Of a DNA stretch of 64,000 nucleotides, positions 11,799-24,244 are shown piece by piece. This DNA comes from Octopus sinensis (taxonomy: Eukaryota): the NCBI RefSeq assembly GCF_006345805.1, contig NC_043010.1:4712001-4776000 (forward strand), in the 5' to 3' direction. A model generated the notes under the pieces. That model did no database searches and was not told the DNA's origin. It saw nothing but the letters and a program-made list of their open reading frames with translations. Made by a program: the position numbers and the translations under genes. Numbering within the stretch: the stretch's first letter is position 1; the number at the start of each line of letters is the position of its first letter.

Positions 11799-12098
11799 GT
11801 ATTCTTGTGAACATGTAACACCAAGACATATGTGTGGGAATGAAATACGCTTAAGGAATACAAACCTAGGTCCAAAACTTTTTACAAACAAGGTTCGTTG
11901 TTTTCAGTCTCAACCTTTAATACACTGCATTTTCTTTAGAATTGTTTACCCTGCCACTGCCTTGTTACTACAGGGGAGAAAATTCATACAGTGACATGAT
12001 GTACCTACAGTGTGCTAAAGGTTAGTATCAAAACATAAGAAGGTATTATAGTAATAATAATAATAATAATGATGATAATAATGATAATAATAATAATG

Positions 12099-12143
<45 letters not shown>

Positions 12144-12173
12144 ATTATTATTATTATTATTATTACTATATTT

Positions 12174-12632
12174 AAGGTAGTGAGCTAGCAGAATTGTTAG
12201 CATGCTGGGCTAAATGCTTAGTGGTATTTCATCTGTCTTTACCTTCTGAGTTCAAAGGTGACCAAGGTCGACTTTGCCTTTCATCCTTTATGGGGTTGAT
12301 AAAAGCAGTATCAGTTGAACACTGGGCTTGATGTAATCCACTTTCCCACTCCCTTGAAATTGCTGGCCTTGTGTCAAAATTTGACACCAATAATTATATT
12401 TGTACATGAATCAGGTCAGATAAAATCCAATAATATTTCAACTAAAGGCGCAAGGCCTGGATTTTGAGGGGAGGGGACTAATCAATGACGTCATCCCCAC
12501 TGGTACTTAATTCATTGACCCTGAAAGGATGAAAGGCAAAGTCAATCTTAGTGGGATTTGAACTCAGAATGTAGTGGCAAATGAAATACTGCTAAGCATT
12601 TTGCCCGGTGTGCTAATGGTTCTGCCAGGTCA
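12174..12632. mobile_element. Two SINE D copies tail-to-tail (12174-12392 plus, 12444-12632 minus)
   Basis: Same central block in opposite orientations. Confidence 0.75.
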
Positions 12633-13913
12633 GTACCTTAGATAAATCTAATATTGGAAATGCAAGGTTTCAAATCAGTCCCCAAAAGTTTCTACTTCCA
12701 TTCATTTTGGAGATGATGTTTATCATGAGGATGTTCAAAGCATCTTCATTGCTCCTTCACACCAAAGTTTTGGAGGTGTGCTTGCCCAGGACTTGTGTGT
12801 GTGTAATGATATAGAGCTAAAGTAATTTCTCTTAGAAAACTCTAATGGTGATTGCCTATGCCATGAGAATTTAAAATCGTTGAGAGATGATGAAAGATAA
12901 ATTGTTTTTAATGGTAGAACTTGCTGCTTAGTAACCTTCAAATTTTCTGATCCAAAGGGCTTTCAATACAATGTTTGTATGTTATTAATTATAGCTTTAT
13001 CTGCTTCGAGTACAACTGTTAACAATTAATGGTAATGTTTTTTGATTTTTTCTCAAAACTGTATACCCCATTCTAAGTATGGATTCAAATTATAATCTCT
13101 GATGCTGAGAAGGAAAGGGAGCTGGTTTACTTTTGATTAACAACTAGTACAAATCATCTTGTTATCTTTGAAGTAAATAAAATGGCCAAAACCTGTTACT
13201 GGAAATCAATGCGCAAAGATTTTTTACTATCTCATTAGAATAATGGGAATTAAAAAAAGAAAAATAATTGCTCTATTTTATTCCTGAAATTTACGAGGAA
13301 ATACAACTATAGTCAAATACACCTAATCCTCTTTAACAAATGTGAAGATTAATTCCTAATCATTGATACATTTTGTGAAAGATTACTTTTGTTGTGAACA
13401 TTTAAAATTCTAGAATATTGTATTTCAATGAATTTGACTGATGAAATAAAATGAATCTCTTTGGGGATTACTGAAGCATAAGTACATTCAAAGAATAGCA
13501 GTTTCCTGTTTAATTTATTAGCACCAGATGAAAACAGTTAAATATGCAGTTTTCAAAGTGTGCCTGAATCACAGAGAACGTTTCACTATTTTTGTTTTAT
13601 ACTGACTAATCAAAATGACACACACAGTTGATAAATATATTTGGTTCTTGTATAATTTATGGCAGCCCTAGAATGATCCTTTGAAGGCAAAATAATTCTT
13701 TCTAATCTATGCACAAGAAGGGCATGATTATGTGGTTAAGAAACTCACTTGGCAACCATGTATTTTCAGGTTCAATCCCTCTGTGTGGCACCTTGCTTAA
13801 GTGTCTTCTACTATAGTCCTGAATTGACTAATGCCTTATGAATGAATCTGATTGATGGAAACTCTGTGGAAGCTCATAGTGTGTGTGTATGTATATATGT
13901 ATGTATATATGTG

Positions 13914-13966
<53 letters not shown>

Positions 13967-14037
13967 ATTTATGTATATATTATGGAGATGTACTTGCATA
14001 GCAAGTGACCTGATCTGAGATCATGTGCTGGAACGAA

Positions 14038-14259
14038 AACAATTGCAGTATGGAAACACACAAAAACCGTTAGATTCAATTCAACATTTAAATATAATTT
14101 GCCAAAATATTTTCATCGCTTTGAGACCACAACCTGTTCACTGACAAAATTCCACACTGTAAATATTTTGGTAAATTAAATTTAAATGTTGAAGTGAATC
14201 TAACGGTTTTTTGTGCGTTTCTTAAGTGGCTTATAGACACTCTCCACGCTGCAATTGTT
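14038..14259. repeat. Fold-back element
   Basis: 60-bp arms at 14053-14112 and 14161-14221, 48-bp spacer, outer AACAATTGCAG / CTGCAATTGTT. Confidence 0.8.
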
Positions 14260-14269
14260 TATATATACA

Positions 14270-14320
<51 letters not shown>

Positions 14321-14554
14321 CTTTATATATATATATCTTTATATATATATGTATATATATATCTTTACATATATATATATATGTATGTATATGCATATAT
14401 ATATATCCATACACACACACAAACATATACATACATACAGACACACACATATATACATACACGCTCACACACACATATATATATTTACCATGCTAGCAGT
14501 CCAACTCGTACTACTTGTCCAACCCATGCCAGCATGGAAAACCGACGTTAAATG

Positions 14555-14810
14555 ATGATGATGATGATGATGATGATGCACTACCACCACCATCATCATC
14601 ATCACTGTCATCATCACACCCCACCACACCACCATCAACACCACCACCATCACCATTACTACCACCACCACCACCACCACCATCACCGTCATTGTCATCA
14701 TCATCATCATCGTCGTCGTCATCATCACCGTTGTTACCTCTACCACCACCACCACCAACAATAACACCATCATCATCATCGTCGTCATCAACATCATTAT
14801 CATCATCATT
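14555..14810. repeat. (GAT)/(CAT/CAC)n trinucleotide low-complexity tract
   Basis: Seen directly. Confidence 0.95.
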
Positions 14811-15070
14811 TTACTGTCTACTTTTTCAGGCTGGCATGAATTTTATTGAGGCAGATTTTCTATAACTGGAGTTCTGCTGGTCACTCCTTAGCCCTCACCT
14901 GATTTTGTTTCTGATAACATTCAAGCCATCTACAATATACTGTTCATGCTTAGTGTGGTGGCCAAGTGTAGTGCTAAGAGTCCATAATGTGAATAGGGGA
15001 GGTAATTCTGTGGGTGAATGATATTAAGAGTGAATTAGTGAATTGAGAAGGGGTGACAAATGATAACAAT

Positions 15071-15310
15071 AATAATATTTTATAAGCTTAAAGCTTATAA
15101 GCGATCATTCTGTATTGACTGAAGAAAATAATCAAATATTCGGGCATAAAAATGGGTTTTCTGTACACATGGGACTTGAACCCATACCGCTTATATTTGG
15201 AGTAAGTGTGCTAGCCATTACACCAAAACCCACTTTTGTTCATTACAGGCTTAGATGCCCCAAAACACCATGATTGCTTATAAGTTTTAACTTTATTAAA
15301 TATTATTTTT
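15071..15310. mobile_element. Family F: element with TIRs and an internal tRNA-like segment
   Basis: TIRs of about 37 bp starting AATAATATTTTATAAGCTTAAAGCTTATAAGC; minus-strand A box GGTGTAATGG and T-arm ATGGG-TTCAAGT-CCCAT. Confidence 0.65.
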
Positions 15311-15324
15311 TACAGAAATAATAT

Positions 15325-15741
15325 GGCGAGCTGGCAGAAACGTTAGCATACCGGGAGAAATGCTTAGCGGTATTTCGTCTGTCTTTTCATTCTGAGTTCA
15401 AATTCCGCTGAGGTCGACTTTGCTTTCCATCTTTTCAAGGTCGATAAATTAAGTACCAGTTACACACTGGGGTCGATATAATCGACTTAATACCTATGTC
15501 TGTCCTTGTTTGTCCTCTCTTTGCTTAGCCCCTTGTGGGTAGTAAAGAAATAGGTATTTTGTCTGTCTTTATGTTCTGAGTTCAAATTCCGCCGAGGTTG
15601 ACTTTGCCTTTCATCCTTTCAGGGTCGATAAATTAAGGACCAGTTACGCACTGGGGTCGATGTAATCAACTTAATCCCTTTGTCTGTCCTTGTTTGTCCC
15701 CCTCTATGTTTAGCCCCTTGTGGGCAATAAAGAAATAAGAA
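15325..15741 (+). mobile_element. SINE D tandem dimer
   Basis: Full unit at 15325-15552 plus a head-truncated unit at 15556-15741. Confidence 0.85.
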
Positions 15742-15984
15742 ATATTTGTGTGTGTGTGTGTGTGTGTGAATCTAAAAGTCATTTTAGAATTCTTTTTAAA
15801 TCTCTTTACGCTGACTCTACATCTGAAGATGTGTGTGACTGCACTGACAAAGCATTAATAATGTGGAGTCGAGTCAACCTATTATTAAACACTAACAACT
15901 CAAATAAAATTTTCTAAATTTTCCTGGTGTTAGTTTCTTTCACCTGCTCACTTACTTTTGTCTCTCTCTCTCTCTCACTCTCTC

Positions 15985-16079
<95 letters not shown>

Positions 16080-16202
16080 TGCTGAATACGTAAAAATATT
16101 GCTGTATTGCTGTTATATATTTGGATATCTGATATTTTCTAATTATCAGATACATCATCTCCATGGATGAGACACTGGTGAGAGAAAGAAAAGTGACAGA
16201 GT

Positions 16203-16246
<44 letters not shown>

Positions 16247-16804
16247 AAGTGGTGGAATAGATACATGGGTGTTTTATAGCCATGCTTTGATTTTACTATT
16301 AATTTTATTAACTTACATCCCCACCCCATCACAAAAAACGAACCCTAAGATAAACAGAATTCTCTCTGGAATGAATCTGCCAAAGAATTTGTTTCTTCTC
16401 TTCTATAATTTCCTCAACACAGAACATAAACTTAAATTCTTTGAAGTACTTATTCCATTGTTCTAAAGACAATTCATTTTCAAAGAAAACTATTCTTTCA
16501 ATCTTAACAACGTTAATGTGACATTTTAAATATATACAATTAAGGTAAGGCAAGGTGGTGATGGTGGTGTTTGTGATCCTGATCCAATCATTTTCATTTC
16601 TCAAATTTTGCACTTGCTATATAAAACTGATTAAAGAGAAACAGATTTCTGATTTAAAAAAGAAAGAAAATTAGGAAAATTAAAAGTGACATTCAAACAT
16701 GAATCAAAATTTTAAAATCTAATTATATACCCAAAAAATTTTTTTAATTTTTAAAAAATATTTTCAGAATAGTTATGTTGGAACATCAAGGAATATGAAA
16801 ATAA

Positions 16805-16990
16805 GTCATTATTAACAATATGTCTCAAAAAGGAATTCAGTTGTGAATAATAGCATATAACAGATTGGGTTAAAAACCCCTTAGATGGAAAAAAAAAAAA
16901 AAAAAAAAGGCAGAAGCTGTTTGTGGAAATTGAACCAGGAAACTGCTTTAATTCAGACAGCCATATTACAAATTGCACTATAGAAACTCT
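16805..16990 (-). mobile_element. Family J degenerate tRNA-derived repeat (homologue at 18540-18680)
   Basis: Shared TTAACAAT.TGTCTC...TTGGGTTAAAAAC; GGTTCAA B-box-like motif on the minus strand. Confidence 0.5.
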
Positions 16991-17022
16991 CCCTCTTTCT
17001 GCTATCAAATTATATGCTTTAA

Positions 17023-17239
17023 CACTTTAGCATTCAGATTACTCTATCAAATGTAATGCTTATTTATGATGGCCAAAATATTCTACATGTTTTACATTCA
17101 AACTGACCAGAACTGGCCTCTCACACTTACCCTACAATGTCATTCTAGAAATATACAATGATGTCATGGAAATCTTGAAGTCATGAGGTAAGGTGAAGAA
17201 ATAAAATATGTTCGACAGAATAAACTGAATGCTAAAGAG
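17023..17239. mobile_element. piggyBac-type (TTAA) MITE
   Basis: TTAA-CACTTTAGCATTCAG...CTGAATGCTAAAGAG-TTAA. Confidence 0.75.
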
Positions 17240-17269
17240 TTAAAGGATGATGGTTGTTCTTTACAGGTG

Positions 17270-17482
17270 GCACATGAAAAGCACTGGCACCAGTGCCATG
17301 TGGAAGTGCTCATACAGGTTCTACATTAAAAGCACCCAGCACACATTGTGAAGTGGTTGGCATTAGGAAGGGCATCCAGCCATAGACACCAAGCCAAATA
17401 AAACTGGAATCTGGTGCCACTCTCTGGCATGCCAATTTTGGTCAAGCCATTCAACCCATGCCAGCATGGAAAACCGATGTTT
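17270..17482 (+). mobile_element. Element E, degenerate
   Basis: GGCATTAGGAAGGGCATCCAGC...CAACCCATGCCAGCATGG. Confidence 0.65.
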
Positions 17483-17748
17483 AATCATGCATTATCTTGT
17501 ACCTTCAAGTTTCCAATGATATGATTGTTTCCAATGATATGATTTAGAATGGCATTGTGGGTTAGGTATGAGAGGTTAGATCTGGTTGGTTTGAATATAA
17601 AACAGATAGAGAACTTGAGTTGTGTATGGCCAGTTTAAATGCCAAAGCGTTAGTCTTACCCCAGTTAGAAAGTTTGATTATATTTGGGATGTAAACGTAG
17701 AAGCATCAATACATACATCTAAAGCAAAACTTTTTCAGAGGCCTTTAA

Positions 17749-18361
17749 CTCTTCATGGGCTGGGAGGGTCCCTTGGGACCCTAGCAAATTTTAAAAGTTA
17801 TATACACTTTTTATTTAAATGATTTTATATCACATGACTTTTACTGTCAATAGTTTATGAATGCACGTACAAATTTTGAGCTAAACATTTCCAGTCATGT
17901 GGATGTTATAGCATAAAATAGGGTCATTAGGGTCCAACTGAACCCCATTGGCCTTCTGTGAAATTATATTTTTCAGTTCTTTTTTCAGATATTCTGATGA
18001 ACTATAAGTCAATTTTCTTCATATTTGTGCTGGTATGAATCGAGATACTAAATAATTTTGTTTTATTTTAATTTTAGCGCTATATGTATTGCTTAAAAAA
18101 CTATAAATGTTGATTTCTTTCAATAAAAATTTTTTTCAGTCAATAAAATATATTTTAATTCCTCTCTATTAAACACAAATAATTACAAATTTATACCTAT
18201 AAAGGGCTAAATTTCTTGTTCTCTATCATGCACTCACACATATATACAAGATTAAACAAATATTACTTTATGGATAGTGTGGAAATGCACAAAAATAAAA
18301 GGGATCCCTCTGGACCCCAATGGCCTTTTGTGTAATTCCAACCCCACCAGAACATGAAGGG
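17749..18361. mobile_element. piggyBac-type MITE
   Basis: TTAA-CTCTTCATG...CATGAAGGG-CTAA, with subterminal GGGTCC/GGACCC motifs. Confidence 0.55.
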
Positions 18362-18915
18362 CTAAAATAATATTGTGGACCCCCAATCTACTATTTTGTT
18401 ATGTGGAAACCCCAAAAATCATAAACGGATCCTCAAGGGCCATATGGACTCTGGTTGAGAATCACTGGACTAAACCCTTCAAGGTGGTGCCCCAGCTTGG
18501 CACTTCAATAATTGTTAACAAGTGAAAGAGAAATTCTTTATTAACAATGTGTCTCTAAGTGAGACAATTTGTCTCTATAAATAACAGCATTGGGTTAAAA
18601 ACTCCTTGAAAAGGGTGGAAAGCTGACCGTGGGATTTGAACCATGTATGTTTTATAACCTGGCTATCTGCCAATTTTTATCTAGCAAAAGCTTTTTTAAG
18701 CCCACTTATTATAAGTTGAAACTTGTAACTAACTTCATTTTAAGATATCCTTTAACTTTAATTTATTGAAAGAGATAGAGTGGTTATGTATTTCTGGCCA
18801 TTTGAGTCTGATGTGTCGCCTATACAGCTTCGTACTTTAAAGGTGAGAAACCAATGGTTGCTCTCTGACCAGACATAACAAACAACATTCTAAATACACA
18901 CACACACACACGCGC

Positions 18916-19228
18916 GGGGAGGCACATGGGCTAGTGGTTAGAGCAGTGGACTCGCAGTTGCAGGATTGCAGGTTCGAATCTCAGACTGGGCAATGTGTGT
19001 GTTTATGGGCGAAACACCTAAGCTCCATGCAGCTCCGGCAGAAGGTAATGGTGAACTTCTGCTGACTCTTTCACCACAACTTTCTCTCACTCTTTCCTCC
19101 TACATCTAGCAGCTCACCTGCGATGGACAGGCGTCCCATCCAGGTGGGAAACCTATATGCCAAGGAAACCAGGTAACCAGCCCTTATGAGCCAGGGATGG
19201 ATTGAGAGGGAACAAACACACACACATA
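18916..19228 (+). mobile_element. SINE C (tRNA-derived head)
   Basis: GCTAGTGGTTAGAGC A box, GGTTCGAATC B box, and a GCGATGGACAGGCGTCCCATCCAGG 3' block reminiscent of V-SINE/HE1-type tails. Confidence 0.7.
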
Positions 19229-19397
19229 CACACACATGGCCACACGAATGCTGACTTCTACATGGCTTCCATCAACTAAATTTCACTCACAAGACATTGA
19301 TTGTTCCTAGATATTTGTTCATGACATTGTACAATGGAATGAGCCCCAGAACCCAAACATCTTAACCACACATCCATATTATATAAACACTTATAAG

Positions 19398-19612
19398 GTG
19401 GCGAGCTGGCAAAATCATTAGCATGCTATGCAAAATGCTTAGTGGTATTTTGTCTGTCTTTATGTTCTGAGTTCAAACTCTACCAATGTTGACTTTGCCT
19501 TTCATCCTTTTGGGGGTCAATAAATTAAGTACAAGTTAAGCACGTGGGTCAATGTAATCAACTTACACCTTCCCCAGAAACTACTGGCCTTGAGCCAAAC
19601 TTTGAAATCTTT
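19398..19612 (+). mobile_element. SINE D
   Basis: GGTGGCGAGCTGGCA head and central block. Confidence 0.75.
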
Positions 19613-19638
19613 ATACATACATACATACATACATATAC

Positions 19639-19701
<63 letters not shown>

Positions 19702-19716
19702 AAGAGTGGGGTGAAG

Positions 19717-20056
19717 GAAGGTACATGGCTTGGTGGTTAGAGCATCGGGCTCACAATCATGAAATAGTGAGTTCAATTCCCGGACTGGGCTGTGTGTTGT
19801 GGTCTTGAGCAAGACACTTTATTCCACATTGCTCCAGTTCACTCAGCTGTAGAAATGAATTTCAATGTCGTTGGTGCCAAGCTGTATTGGCCCCTTTGCC
19901 TTTCCCTTGGATAACATCAGTGGCATAGAGAGGGGAAGCTGGTATGCATGGGTGGCTGCTGGTCTTCCATAAAAAGCCTTGGCCAAACTTGTATTTCAGA
20001 GGTAACTTTCTGGGTGCGATCCCATGGTTGTTCATGACAGAAGGGGCTCTTTAACT
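19717..20056 (+). mobile_element. SINE B
   Basis: TGGTGGTTAGAGC A box, GAGTTCAATTCC B box. Confidence 0.8.
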
Positions 20057-20769
20057 TTATATATATTTATATATACATATATATAAATGCACATTAAGCG
20101 ATGATAATGATTTTATATATAAATAAATATATATATATGTATACACACACACACATACACACACAGGCACACACTCGTATGTATATGGCCTAATGAAAAT
20201 CCAGTAACACTCAAAAATTGATTAAGGTTGTTCATCATTTTCCAAAAGGCAGTGCTCCAGCATGTCCCCAGCCTTTGGCTGAAACCAGTGAAAGGGGAAA
20301 AGGGAAAATGGTAAAGGGTATATTAATGTGTTGACATTTAAATGTTTCATTTTCATTTTTTTTTTTTTTTTCGTTTTTAGTTCATGACAATCATCACAAT
20401 TTTTCACCAATGTTTGAAATTTCAAATTGAAAACATTTCAAGACGGAAACAAAAATTTTTAAATAAAAATTCGCCATCCTAGAAAACATAATTTAGTTTT
20501 TTTCTCTTTCTACTGATATACATGTTCAGTCAACACAGAAAGCTACTCATTATGGAAGACATGCTTGTAACATTTTTGAGAAGACGACAACAAATGACGA
20601 GTTTTGATTGTCATGGCAAAGGCTATTACAGTGAAATTACCATAGAAAAGTGATGGAGATTGAATCTCCATGTATTAAAAAGTGTCCAAGCCAGCCCATA
20701 ACAGTATGGTGGTAAAAATAAAAAAAAATAGACAAGCCAAAAAAAAAAATAGACATCAAAGTAACAACA

Positions 20770-21020
20770 ATGTAATGTTGATGCTGCTGCTGCTGCTGCT
20801 GCTGCTGCTACTGCTACTGCTGATGATGACAGGGATATTGATAATGATGATGATGATGATTATGATGGTGGGGATGATGGTGATTGTCATGATAGTGGTA
20901 GTGATGGTGGTGGTGGCGGTGGTGGCGGCGGCGGTGATGATGACTATGATGATGATGATGATGATGATAGCGATGGTGGTGGCGGCGGCAGTGGTGTTGA
21001 TAATGGGTGATGATGATATT
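20770..21020. repeat. (GCT/GAT/GGT)n trinucleotide tract
   Basis: Seen directly. Confidence 0.95.
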
Positions 21021-21133
21021 ATGTCTATATGACTCTGAATATATTTCTGATGCACATAAAACCTTATGTATTAAATAAATGTAAACACATATATACATAC
21101 ATACATACACACATACACACATACACACATACA

Positions 21134-21389
21134 CACAGCTTGTTACACACATACAGGCAAACAACCAACTCTTACACTCACACACATATACTGGCACACA
21201 CACACACACACACACACACACTCAGAAACATAAACAAACATAAACATACTTGCAAAGTAAAGATATTGACCAATGCATACATATATACACACATACTCAC
21301 ATGCATACATACATACATACATACATACATACATACATACATACATACATCAATGCATACATACATACATACATACATGCATACATACA

Positions 21390-21421
<32 letters not shown>

Positions 21422-21734
21422 CATACATACATACATACATAAATGCATACATACATACATATACATACATATACATACATACATACATACACTTACATAT
21501 ATACATACATACATACACACATTCACACAGCTTGTTACACACATACTGGCAAACAACCAACTCTTACACTCACACACATATACTGGCACACACACACACA
21601 CACACACACTCAGAAACATAAACAAACATAAACATACTTGCAAAGTAAAGATATTGACCAATGCATACATATATACACACATACTCACATGCATACATAC
21701 ATACATACATACATACATACATACATACATACAC

Positions 21735-21775
<41 letters not shown>

Positions 21776-21850
21776 CATACATATACATACATATACATAC
21801 ATATACATACATACATACATACACTTACATACATACATAAATGCATACAT
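21134..21850. repeat. Tandem duplication of about 390 bp embedded in (CATA)n
   Basis: A non-microsatellite core of about 175 bp at 21134 recurs at 21526. Confidence 0.9.
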
Positions 21851-22354
21851 ACATTTATACAGATTCTCTGACAGATGATGAAAGATACACACCCAGGCAA
21901 GTTGCACAACTCTACAACAAGCTCTCACAACGGGTCATCAGATGAAAGGCAATATGCATATCAGCAGAAGGTCATCTCTGGCTATGTTGTCAGACAACTT
22001 CAAAGTGACACTAACATAAACAGCCAAAGTAGTCTATCTTTAATCAACAACTACTGTATTAGCTCTCACTTTGAATGCTATGCTTTTTCGCCTCTCATAA
22101 CCACGAAATAAAAATATCCAATGCACAAAAGGGATGCAGGAAAAACACTTAGTTGTGATAACCAATCCAAACTCTGTTTAATTAAAACTTATGATGCAGT
22201 GCCGTCTTAAGGCATAGACCCAGGTGCTCCATGGGTCAAGAGACCTAATAATAATTAAGGCATGTTTTTGTATATGTAGAAGCGCCATTTCATTGCTTTG
22301 TGCAGGGGCCTATACTGCTATTACAGCAGCCTTGTTATGACGTCACTAAAGTTA

Positions 22355-22525
22355 TAGGCACAAGAGTGGCTGTGTGGTAAGAAGCTTGTTTCCCAAGCCC
22401 ATGGTTTTGGATTCTGGCACCTGTGGCAAGTGTCTTCTTCTATAGTCTTAGGTTGATTAAAGCTTCGTGAGTGGATTTGGTAGACGGACACTGAAAGAAG
22501 CCCATCGTATATATATATATATATA
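22355..22525 (+). mobile_element. SINE A 5' half, host of the palindromic hammerhead element
   Basis: Head through GAAAGAAGCCCATCG(TA)n. Confidence 0.75.
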
Positions 22526-22622
22526 TATAAAATATTATTAGAGACAAAACCACTATTTTGCAAAACAAACAAGGAAAGACTTAATCAATACATAAAATTT
22601 TAATAAATAGTCAAAAAAACCG

Positions 22623-22665
22623 CCACTACAATTGTTACTTGTCTTGATCGACAATCTTCAGGTGG
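22623..22665 (-). ncRNA. Mirror copy of the 22726-22768 hammerhead fold (left arm of palindrome)
   Basis: Exact reverse complement of 22726-22768. Confidence 0.65.
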
Positions 22666-22725
22666 ACTTCCAATAAGTCAGTTTCAAATTATGACTTCAT
22701 AATTTGAAACTGACTTACTGGAAGT

Positions 22726-22768
22726 CCACCTGAAGATTGTCGATCAAGACAAGTAACAATTGTAGTGG
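22726..22768 (+). ncRNA. Minimal type I hammerhead fold with A13U variant (right arm of palindrome)
   Basis: CCAC-CTGAAGA-TTGTC(GATCAA)GACAA-GTAA-CAATTG-TA-GTGG; stem III is the palindrome ACAATTGT; GTA triplet. Confidence 0.65.
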
Positions 22769-22944
22769 CGGTTTTTTTTGACTATTTATTAAAATTTTAT
22801 GTATTGATTAAGTCTTTCCTTGTTTGTTTTGCAAAATAGTGGTTTTGTCTCTAATAATATTTTATAATATTTTACTATAAAATTGGATTTAATCCTAAAT
22901 CTGATTTTTTCCCTGTAAATTTGGATTTATTCCCTAATATTTAT

Positions 22945-22986
<42 letters not shown>

Positions 22987-23031
22987 CGATATATAGATAC
23001 ACATACATATATATATATGCGTGTGTGTGTG

Positions 23032-23067
<36 letters not shown>

Positions 23068-23084
23068 AAGATAGATAGTTAGAT

Positions 23085-23304
23085 CAGTGCTTTTCAAACT
23101 TTTTGCTGAAGCGGAACCCTAAGGAAACATTCCACTGGCTCGAGGAACCCCTGTGCAATAATTTAATTGTCTTATGCACACATATCTGCATAGGAGAATT
23201 TAAAAATTACTGTCGATTTTAGCATTTTTGTAACTTCTAGCGGAACCCCTGGACTGTACTGGCGGAACCCTAAGGTTCCGCGGAACCCTGGTTGAAAACC
23301 ACTG
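23085..23304. mobile_element. hAT-type MITE
   Basis: TIRs CAGTGCTTTTCAAAC / GTTGAAAACCACTG, perfect 8-bp TSD AGTTAGAT, subterminal GGAACCC repeats. Confidence 0.9.
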
Positions 23305-23345
23305 AGTTAGATAAATAGATAGATAGAAAGATAGGGAGAGAGATA

Positions 23346-23518
23346 CATGTGGTGGTTGGAAAGTTCCTGGTTTTGGGTGTTCCCTTCTCACATTAAAACA
23401 CTTATTGTAGCAGCCCTTCAGTTTTTCTAAGCCCTGTAAAAGAGCTCAAAAGGTTGGGCATCAAACTAAGCCTTTTATGATATCCTTAAAGCCAGGAACT
23501 TTTCAGCATCCTATATAT
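23346..23518. mobile_element. Mariner-type MITE
   Basis: Degenerate TIRs GAAAGTTCCTGG / CCAGGAACTTTTC. Confidence 0.5.
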
Positions 23519-24135
23519 GAGGCGGTGTTTGACACCCATCACCACTTGACAACTGGTGTTGGTGTGTTTACATCCTCGTAACTTTGTGATTCAGTAAAAG
23601 AGACCAATAGAATTAGTACTAGGCTTAAAACATAGGTACTGGTATTGATTTGTTTGACTAAAACCCTTTAAAGTAGTGCCCCAGCATGACCACAGTCAAA
23701 CGACTGAAACAAATAAGAAATAAAAGATTAAAGAGTAAAGAAATGGCTTACAAACATATAAGTGTTGATCTGTAAGTCAAATGATGCCAGTTGACATATA
23801 TGTTGACACCTCTACTTGTACACATGCATATGTGTGCAGTTACATATATACATACATACACGTGTATATGGGCAAGTCAGATAAATTTGTCTTTTTCTTT
23901 TTTCTTTTAACTTTTTTTTTCTACATGGCACTCCATTGTAATAAGTCTGCAAAGTGTTAAAACTTATCCAAATTGAAAAACACGACAAACAAAAGTGTAG
24001 AGAAGGAACAAAGCTAGGAAAAACCATAAAACGTTATGATGAAAGTATTTTCCATGTTAATTCAAACAACACTGGATGAGTTAAAAAGAAAAAAAAATGA
24101 AAGAATTTATCTTACAAACCTGTATACACATAATA

Positions 24136-24166
<31 letters not shown>

Positions 24167-24209
24167 ATAATATATATATAATATATATATAATATATATA
24201 TATATATAG

Positions 24210-24244
<35 letters not shown>

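Larger units (their letters stand above)
22526..22950. mobile_element. Hammerhead-bearing fold-back element (Penelope-like or retrozyme-like) inserted in the (TA)n tract of a SINE
   Basis: Arms of about 170 bp (22526-22694 and 22697-22866), 2-nt loop, one mismatch and one indel, an AT-rich extension to about 22950, and (TA)n on both sides. Confidence 0.7.

Noticed and set aside
15150-15232. Functional tRNA-Trp gene
   Set aside because: The anticodon stem has an insertion, the acceptor stem is interrupted by 8 nt, and it lies inside a repeat family.
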